From: an uncultured virus (IMG/VR IMGVR_UViG_3300033069_000905)
Taxonomy: Duplodnaviria > Heunggongvirae > Uroviricota > Caudoviricetes
Strand: one strand, 5' to 3'
IMG/VR virus record: IMGVR_UViG_3300033069_000905
Span: 62,001 to 126,000 of that record
DNA length: 64,000 bases
The number at the start of each line of letters is the position of its first letter. The first letter of the stretch is position 1. The notes beneath the pieces are model-generated. The model was not told the origin of the DNA and ran no database searches. It saw nothing but the letters and a program-made list of their open reading frames with translations. Both the position numbers and the translations under genes were made by a program. This document shows positions 57,970 through 64,000 of this stretch, piece by piece.

Positions 57970-58436
57970 GAGTTAGGCAAGTAAATCCACTCTCGCCCTG
58001 CGGCTAACCATAAATCCATAGACGCACTGTGAGGGTACTGCTCAGCAAAAACGATGCGCTTACACCCTGTCCCCAACAATGACTTAACGCAGCGAATACA
58101 AGGGGATGCAGTAACGTAAGCTGTGTATATTTTCCTTACGTTTTTACAATACAGCAAGGCGTTATCCTCTGCATGAAGGGCTTCACAGCCATCCAAGTTC
58201 GTACCTGAAGGGGCAAATGCCGCAGAACAGGCATGGGGATAAACCGCACCTATCTCGTGGCTAACTGTGTCGCAGTTAGGCAAACCCGCAGCTTTCCCAT
58301 TGTACCCTGTCGACATGATTCTGTTATGCTTGGTTACGATGACACAACCCACCTTACGCCGCAGACAACTCCCCCGTGCAGCTACGTCTTTGGCAATCTG
58401 CATAAAATACTCATCCCACGAGGGTCTAGTTTCCAT
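57966..58436 (-). CDS. dCMP deaminase
   Basis: RPSWDEYFM..A...VGCVIV...TGYNG...HAEDNAL...PCIRC. Confidence 0.92.
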   Translation of the reverse strand: METRPSWDEYFMQIAKDVAARGSCLRRKVGCVIVTKHNRIMSTGYNGKAAGLPNCDTVSHEIGAVYPHACSAAFAPSGTNLDGCEALHAEDNALLYCKNVRKIYTAYVTASPCIRCVKSLLGTGCKRIVFAEQYPHSASMDLWLAAGREWIYLPNS

Positions 58437-58812
58437 TTTTAATCCTTTTGTCTCGTTGAACAAACAACTCAGTGATCCCATCTATAGCCGCGTTGTAGTC
58501 ATCAACCCACTTCGCTGAATCAACCTTCCTCCACGGCTTAGCCGCACGTTTAACAGCACACCACGCATAGCCCGCTGTCTTCGGCCACTTCTTCACCGCT
58601 TCGATATACAAGTCCAAGTCTTCTGCGGCTAAGTTCTCCGCATCAGCCCCCGGCACAAAAATATCGTTGCAATTAATTGCAGGATAGGCACCGTCGTCCC
58701 ACGTTTCTTTTATGCTGTTGTAGCTGGTCAGGAAAATCTGATCTTCCACCAGCAACCAGAAAATCTTGCGTGCCGTTTCAAGTTCTGTGGTCAATACGTT
58801 CAACTCAGACAT
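58426..58812 (-). CDS. Hypothetical protein
   Basis: 128 aa, coupled overlap. Confidence 0.55.
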   Translation of the reverse strand: MSELNVLTTELETARKIFWLLVEDQIFLTSYNSIKETWDDGAYPAINCNDIFVPGADAENLAAEDLDLYIEAVKKWPKTAGYAWCAVKRAAKPWRKVDSAKWVDDYNAAIDGITELFVQRDKRIKNGN

Positions 58813-59110
58813 CTACTTTTCTCTCAAACGTGTTTAAAAGTTCGTGCTTCAAAATAGCCGCACCATCATCCAGCGTAGCCTCGTCAGCCATGGCGTATTC
58901 CTTCCATAGCATTGATAACTGCTCGCCCACTTCGTTAATCAAGTCAGATCGTTTCTTGGTGTAGGCACACATATTTAGCCGGGGCACTTCTAATACAAAA
59001 TACGAATCATCATCAAAAGCGATGTTGCACATGAAAGGCGCTCTTGCTTTGAAGATTTCGTTCTTGTGCCTTATTACCCAAAAGAAGAACGGTGTTGTCG
59101 TATTACCCAA
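58805..59110 (-). CDS. Hypothetical protein, possible HicB-like fold
   Basis: DDSYFVLEVPRLNMCAY...DLINEVGEQLSMLWKEY. Confidence 0.45.
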   Translation of the reverse strand: MGNTTTPFFFWVIRHKNEIFKARAPFMCNIAFDDDSYFVLEVPRLNMCAYTKKRSDLINEVGEQLSMLWKEYAMADEATLDDGAAILKHELLNTFERKVDV

Positions 59111-59318
59111 AACACTGCCCTATGGTCTGCTTGCCAATGACTATCTTCAAGTCTGTAGGTATGTTCCCGAACTGTGCAGATAGCTCCCCACATTTCAGTT
59201 GAGCGAAGCCGTTGACACCCCTTGGGTGGGCAATCACGTCCAAGTCGCTTTTACACCATCTAGGGTCTAGCTCGGAAGATAGCGACCAATACCGCAACCC
59301 GATGCTATTTTCCATCAA
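59103..59318 (-). CDS. Hypothetical protein
   Basis: 71 aa, coupled overlaps. Confidence 0.5.
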   Translation of the reverse strand: MMENSIGLRYWSLSSELDPRWCKSDLDVIAHPRGVNGFAQLKCGELSAQFGNIPTDLKIVIGKQTIGQCFG

Positions 59319-59698
59319 GCAGACTTTGCAAAGTTAACCTGAGCTATTTTATCGCCATACTCTATCACGCTGGTAAGTCCCCCCAACGTCCATAACCCAA
59401 TGATAATCTCACCCGAACCCTGCACCACCACAACGGGTGTTGGGCTAGAAAGATTCTTGTACTTCAGGTTAGGAACGACGGTAACCAGTGCCAGAACACC
59501 CGACTCAACTATAAGACCGATGTTTGTTCTAAACCACTGCGTTGTAGACCCTATGGGGACGATATTCCCGTGGTTGAATTCACACCCGATGACACCCACC
59601 GCGTACAAAGGGAGAGGATTAATTACCCGCCCATCAGGGTAGAACGATTTAACCGTGGAATCATGATAAACAATGGTTGCCATGTGCACTCCGTGCAA
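59315..59698 (-). CDS. Degenerate dUTPase-like protein
   Basis: RTNIGLIV...GEIIIGL...IEYGDKIAQV; lacks the RS, G.ID.DY and C-terminal RG.GGFGSTG motifs. Confidence 0.5.
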   Translation of the reverse strand: MHGVHMATIVYHDSTVKSFYPDGRVINPLPLYAVGVIGCEFNHGNIVPIGSTTQWFRTNIGLIVESGVLALVTVVPNLKYKNLSSPTPVVVVQGSGEIIIGLWTLGGLTSVIEYGDKIAQVNFAKSA

Positions 59699-59704
59699 GT
59701 AATT

Positions 59705-59932
59705 TCAACAGAACAGAAGTTTCCCACGATAAAGTTCGTCAGGGATTTGTTTTATGTGCCGTGCATAGCCCCTAAAAAAATTCTGCTGCAACTCGGCATT
59801 TTCCCAAAACGGAAGAAACTCCCGATAAGGGTTTTTGAAGTCGATATACACCTGCTGCTGAAGGTGGGGGCTATAGAGTAGTTGCAGGATCATGACAATC
59901 TGATCCCGCGTCAGATTATTGAGCGACCACAT
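59705..59932 (-). CDS. Hypothetical protein
   Basis: Probable start MWSLNN, right after the upstream stop. Confidence 0.45.
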   Translation of the reverse strand: MWSLNNLTRDQIVMILQLLYSPHLQQQVYIDFKNPYREFLPFWENAELQQNFFRGYARHIKQIPDELYRGKLLFC

Positions 59933-59934
59933 GG

Positions 59935-60309
59935 TTACTTGATACGACCTTCTGGCCCACCAATCTTGTGTATTGGCTTTGCTGCTCTGGACTGATCCCG
60001 CGTGCGGTAGAAATAGACTCGATCTTCTTTGCCCACACGAATATTGGTTTTCCATCCCGAAGGCGTCTTCTCAATACGTGCGGGGGGTTTCAGTTTGCCT
60101 GTGGGCTTGTTGATTACCTGCGGGTCAATCGGCGGGGGATCATCGGGGGACAAGTTCAAAGAGTCATATAGGGGTTTCATTACGGCATAAGGCAAATCTG
60201 TCATCACCACGCCGTATCTCGTCCTAGTGGTGACAACTACATCCCCATCAGAATAGATTTCAACCAGACCCGAAGGCACGTTGGCTTTTCCTACGATGCT
60301 TAATTTCAT
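59935..60309 (-). CDS. Hypothetical protein
   Basis: 124 aa, AGGA SD. Confidence 0.55.
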   Translation of the reverse strand: MKLSIVGKANVPSGLVEIYSDGDVVVTTRTRYGVVMTDLPYAVMKPLYDSLNLSPDDPPPIDPQVINKPTGKLKPPARIEKTPSGWKTNIRVGKEDRVYFYRTRDQSRAAKPIHKIGGPEGRIK

Positions 60310-60373
60310 GATGCTTCCTATGATATTTACTATGGTTTGAGTATAACCAAGAACCTGAAAAACACAAAGCGCA

Positions 60374-62473
60374 CTACGACGCTTTCAGAATCTTCGCAAA
60401 ATCCATTTTGGTGATGTTGGCGTCTTTGGGGTCAAACTTACCGTTGTTTCCAACAGCAGACTTTATTTGTTCGGGATTAAAAGCAACTATCTCATCATAC
60501 TTGGAGTCAGCAGTATTGCCGTGGATAAAGATTCCGTCAAAGCCCTTCTCAGCTAGATTAACCGACTCCAAATCATTCTGTTCTTCTGTGTTTTCGTTGT
60601 AGCGGTCAATATCAGCAGATGTTGCTATGTACGGCTTCTTTATACTAAGATACACAGGCATGACGTTAGCCCCGGAACCACCACCCCGCGTAAACCTGTC
60701 TGCAAACTCAGGGTTGTTAGAAAAGAAAAACCCCATCCAATGCGTTTTTGACCCGCCAGTTTTCTGTGGTGCCTTATAGCTAAACTCAGTGAAGTCAGAA
60801 TTCGTTCCGTGATACATCACCCGTGGTTTCCCTTCTTTATCTACTACCTTACTCCTTTTGAACCACGCCTTGAATTCTTTTGTTTCTGTTTGCCCTGTAT
60901 GGTCTATCCACTGATTGCCGTGGAAAGCATGACCGTCCTTATCCCCTTTCAGTAGCTGTGAAAAATCACGTTTTAAGGTACGCCCAACTAAACTAACTTT
61001 CCTGTCTGTGGGGATGGCGCGCCACTTTCCATCCCCCGCTTTATAATGAACGGCAGTTAATTGCACTTCTTTCCACTTCTTTGTATTGATGTAGGAATTA
61101 CCCATCCCGAAGCTAGGTGGGTTGTCTTCTGAGTCCCAACCAACAGGCTGTTTTCCTTCCAAGACAACAGAAACAGAGAAAGAGACACGCTTCTGTCCGT
61201 CAGCAAAACGGCTCTCTACTTCTTTGCGGTTTTCCCCATCAATACCTTCCTCTGTATAAGCAAACTCTTTTGAATCATCTAAACCAGCACCGTCTTGGTG
61301 GGAGTACCAGTAGTTTCCTACGCGCTTGGTGTCGACCATACCTAAAACGTCTTCGGCTGTGGCCGTTCCGTCTTTTATCTTATGGTAAAGGCCGATGTTA
61401 GCTTCCACGTTAGCCTCTATGCCTCTGGATATGGTGTGTCCTGATTTACTCGCGTCAACAGGGCTTAAGTCAGACCACTGATTCCCACGGAAAGGATGGC
61501 CTACCTTATCACCCTTCTGTGTAGCACCGACTTGAGCCAGCGTCTTTGAAAACACCTTGGGGAAGCTAAACATCAAGTCCAATGCTTTTCTAACGGGGAT
61601 CGACATGCGGTTGATGTTAACCTTACCGTCTGGATTCAATTCCAAGTTCCTAGCCCAACGGTTCGTACCGTCCAGAACATAATTATCCTTTGACACGGTT
61701 ATCGGCTTACTCAAAGCTTCGGGGGTCAGTTGTTTCGCTTGTTCCACATTAAAGTGCTTCTGTGTGGGCTTCAAAGAAGAAAGGTGTACCTGTTCTGGTG
61801 TAATGGTGATACCTTTCTTCTTAGCGAATTCAGTGAACTCAGGAAAGTCTGAGGATTGAATCTGCGGCATGTCTTTTCGATCAATGCCAAGAGAATCTGA
61901 AAAATTACCCTTTTCATCCCACAGCGGTTTTTTATTAGAAAACGCCTTGTCTATGGCCGTAGCAATACGATGTGTATTATCTCCATCCTTCGCTGCTTCT
62001 GCTAATATGTCCTTTACAGGGACTTCTTTTATTAGTTTCGAAGTGAACCCCGCACCGTCGCTAGGGAAGCTGTAGCCTGTGCCGAAGAAATACTGATCCC
62101 GCCCGACTTGGGGGTTAGTTCCTTTTTCTTCTGGGTTTCCCTTGAAACCAATATGCTCGTACTCCCCTGTATCTTTGGTGAGCGTGACTTCATGGGAGTA
62201 AATCTTCTCGTCCTTGATTTCGCCTTCTTCTTTCCAGTTCAGTATATGGGCTTCGATCCCGAACGCATTGCCCCCGTTGACACCTTTCAGTTCGGGGGAC
62301 GTTCCAACACGATAAACAATAAATTTGGTTCCTGCTTTAAGAACAGGATTTTTCTGTACGGCATCCCATCCTTCGGCACTGACGTTAGCCTTGGCAAAAC
62401 GTCCACCCTTACTGGAACCTGCGGGTTCATGGTAAGGGTCGGATTTCATTATCCGTGAGAACGTCGTGCCCAT
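60374..62473 (-). CDS. Modular (polyvalent) protein with ParB-like and ADP-ribosyltransferase-like domains
   Basis: RKDMPQI..LKPTQ..PITVSKDNYVLDGTNRW (ParB-like); FKAWFKRSKVVD.EGKP..MYHGT..GFFFS..MPVYLSIKKP..GFDGI..EIVAFNPEQIKS (ART of polyvalent proteins). Confidence 0.8.
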   Translation of the reverse strand: MGTTFSRIMKSDPYHEPAGSSKGGRFAKANVSAEGWDAVQKNPVLKAGTKFIVYRVGTSPELKGVNGGNAFGIEAHILNWKEEGEIKDEKIYSHEVTLTKDTGEYEHIGFKGNPEEKGTNPQVGRDQYFFGTGYSFPSDGAGFTSKLIKEVPVKDILAEAAKDGDNTHRIATAIDKAFSNKKPLWDEKGNFSDSLGIDRKDMPQIQSSDFPEFTEFAKKKGITITPEQVHLSSLKPTQKHFNVEQAKQLTPEALSKPITVSKDNYVLDGTNRWARNLELNPDGKVNINRMSIPVRKALDLMFSFPKVFSKTLAQVGATQKGDKVGHPFRGNQWSDLSPVDASKSGHTISRGIEANVEANIGLYHKIKDGTATAEDVLGMVDTKRVGNYWYSHQDGAGLDDSKEFAYTEEGIDGENRKEVESRFADGQKRVSFSVSVVLEGKQPVGWDSEDNPPSFGMGNSYINTKKWKEVQLTAVHYKAGDGKWRAIPTDRKVSLVGRTLKRDFSQLLKGDKDGHAFHGNQWIDHTGQTETKEFKAWFKRSKVVDKEGKPRVMYHGTNSDFTEFSYKAPQKTGGSKTHWMGFFFSNNPEFADRFTRGGGSGANVMPVYLSIKKPYIATSADIDRYNENTEEQNDLESVNLAEKGFDGIFIHGNTADSKYDEIVAFNPEQIKSAVGNNGKFDPKDANITKMDFAKILKAS

Positions 62474-62474
62474 G

Positions 62475-62744
62475 TTACCGAATGGGTTTGCGATTGACTT
62501 CGTGGGGAACTACTTTTTGATTGTGCCGCTTCCAGAACGGAATCTGTTCAGGGATGGATTCCCCTGTGGCCGGGTCAGCTTCATAGCAATACTGCCAGTG
62601 TCCTGATGCGAACGTGGCGATCAGGATGTTGACCTTTTCATCCACATCAAAGAAGCTCAAGCAGCCGTGATCTACCGTGGCAAGGTCAGCGTAAATCCAT
62701 ATCTGCTCACCTTTGGTGAACACGCTGTAGTAAATTTTATTCAT
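62475..62744 (-). CDS. Hypothetical protein
   Basis: 89 aa, GGAG SD. Confidence 0.55.
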   Translation of the reverse strand: MNKIYYSVFTKGEQIWIYADLATVDHGCLSFFDVDEKVNILIATFASGHWQYCYEADPATGESIPEQIPFWKRHNQKVVPHEVNRKPIR

Positions 62745-62817
62745 GAAGTCTCCAATGAGTATTAGGCGTCGATTGACGCTATCGAATCATACCCCGTAAG
62801 GGTATCTCCTAATACTA

Positions 62818-63087
62818 TCACGCTTTCATGGAGAACGGGCTAGGAACCCGCATGGACAAAGGACTTGGGGGTGTTTTCTGCTTTTTGCTCTTGGGGGATT
62901 TTACCTCGGGTGGTGTTAGGGAAAACTCATTATAACAGGGCACAGGAGCGGCCACATAGCCCCCACAGTCACGTTCTAGCACGGGAGACTTAGATACCCA
63001 TGCGGGTTCATCAGCGCAGCCTACAAAGCCTTGTATGTTGCTTGGTCGTTTCTTTGAACAAGACGAGCATTTAACCATACACGCCAA
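62818..63087 (-). CDS. Hypothetical Cys-containing protein
   Basis: 89 aa. Confidence 0.4.
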   Translation of the reverse strand: MACMVKCSSCSKKRPSNIQGFVGCADEPAWVSKSPVLERDCGGYVAAPVPCYNEFSLTPPEVKSPKSKKQKTPPSPLSMRVPSPFSMKA

Positions 63088-63520
63088 GTTCTATAGCGAT
63101 CTGCTCAGTCTTCATGCTTCTGACGATTTGATAGGCGGGGGCGGATGAGTATAGTCGAATACACGCATCCAATTCTTCTCTGAAGTTTTTTATTAGATCG
63201 TCGGGGATCGGTGTCCCCACACGAAGCCACTTACCCATCTTGCGGATTGCAAGTAATTTCAAATCGCCCCTCATGTCGTGGGCTAATCGCTCGAAAGCAG
63301 AGCACCAACTCTCCATTGCCGCCTCTACTTCTAGGTACTCACCTTCCCAATCAAGGAAGACGACATCAGCACCGACATGGAAAACAGCGTCGTCAAGAAT
63401 CTGCCGATAGAAATACTCCATCGGAAAAACAAAAGCGCTAAGCCGCTTCTTTGAAACTGGCTTGTTCTGATCCTGAATCCGTGGCTTGTATTGCTTGCGG
63501 GGTTTTTTGTTTTTCGCCAT
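63071..63520 (-). CDS. Hypothetical protein
   Basis: Probable start MAKNKKPRK. Confidence 0.55.
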   Translation of the reverse strand: MAKNKKPRKQYKPRIQDQNKPVSKKRLSAFVFPMEYFYRQILDDAVFHVGADVVFLDWEGEYLEVEAAMESWCSAFERLAHDMRGDLKLLAIRKMGKWLRVGTPIPDDLIKNFREELDACIRLYSSAPAYQIVRSMKTEQIAIELGVYG

Positions 63521-63734
63521 CTTGATAATGTAAAAAGCCACGTAAAAGCGGGGCAAGGTACTTTGTCACCACATAGTAATCGTGGGTATTAGGCTTCTCA
63601 AACAAGTGGTGTGACCCTGTGCTGGTCATCACGCTTAACACCTTGAATTCACCCTTGCCCTCAATGAATCGTATTCCTTGGTGGGAAAGCCAGTCTTTAA
63701 AAGCAGGAAGGTCAGACTTCAGTAGCTTTGACAT
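63438..63734 (-). CDS. Hypothetical protein
   Basis: 98 aa, AGAGG SD. Confidence 0.5.
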   Translation of the reverse strand: MSKLLKSDLPAFKDWLSHQGIRFIEGKGEFKVLSVMTSTGSHHLFEKPNTHDYYVVTKYLAPLLRGFLHYQDGEKQKTPQAIQATDSGSEQASFKEAA

Positions 63735-63791
63735 AAAACCCTCTTAACAGTGGATGATATGCCATTTTACCTGTTCTTGGCTTCCTGTTCA

Positions 63792-63995
63792 CTACTGCCT
63801 TGGTTTGTTCTCGTTGAGAACGTCAGCTATCTTCTTGAAGGTTGCATCATCAAGATGGATAGCATACCCCATAAAATCTTCCAGATGTTCTGGGTTGCCG
63901 TAGCATGCCACGCCATCTTCATAGCGTGTAAACATCGCGTCCAGAAGGTCAAGCAGTTCTATTTCGAGCGGAGTGTAACTATACGGTGTGGTCAA
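63792..63995 (-). CDS. Hypothetical protein
   Basis: 67 aa, acidic. Confidence 0.45.
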   Translation of the reverse strand: MTTPYSYTPLEIELLDLLDAMFTRYEDGVACYGNPEHLEDFMGYAIHLDDATFKKIADVLNENKPRQ

Positions 63996-64000
63996 TCTTA

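Larger units (their letters stand above)
4288..63261. repeat. Dispersed 14-bp palindrome TG[AC]AA[GT]TA[AC]TT[GT]CA
   Basis: Copies start at 4288, 7175, 10358, 15856, 26255, 31910, 35902, 38301, 41651, 55683, 58668, 59694 and 63248; one-mismatch copy at 51976. Confidence 0.85.

Noticed and set aside
62763..62805. Two small intergenic hairpins
   Set aside because: Stems of 5-6 bp with no U tract; insufficient support for a terminator or ncRNA.
1..64000. tRNA, rRNA, integrase or alternative genetic code
   Set aside because: None recognised by eye; long genes are intact in code 11 and all three stop codons are used.

Overview
A 64-kb segment of a large tailed dsDNA phage, probably a siphovirus with a proteobacterial host (inferred from sigma70 promoters and a CsrA-like gene). 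Almost all genes are on the minus strand. Transcription order (right to left): small early genes and a modular ParB/ADP-ribosyltransferase protein; nucleotide-metabolism genes (dCMP deaminase, dNMP kinase, degenerate dUTPase); a truncated PPDK-like kinase near two CX5R phosphatases; a family A DNA polymerase with three inteins; a GIY-YIG endonuclease; PBSX-type portal; XkdF-like protease fused to a ferritin-like domain; six small proteins with a shared N-terminal tag; scaffold, major capsid, HNH, head-tail and tail tube genes; an inverted early-gene island; a frameshifting tail chaperone; a 3059-aa tape measure; and tail tip/fibre genes. Four observations stand out. (1) Two polymerase inteins carry an intact HNH endonuclease gene in the +1 reading frame while the intein frame stays open across it. 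(2) A 14-bp palindrome, TG[AC]AA[GT]TA[AC]TT[GT]CA, occurs at least 13 times across the window. (3) A putative Lys-cleaved capsid-cargo tag is shared by many proteins. (4) The tape measure C-terminus is an array of cassettes delimited by [FY]xxGG. All calls come from motif recognition by eye; no database searches were run.
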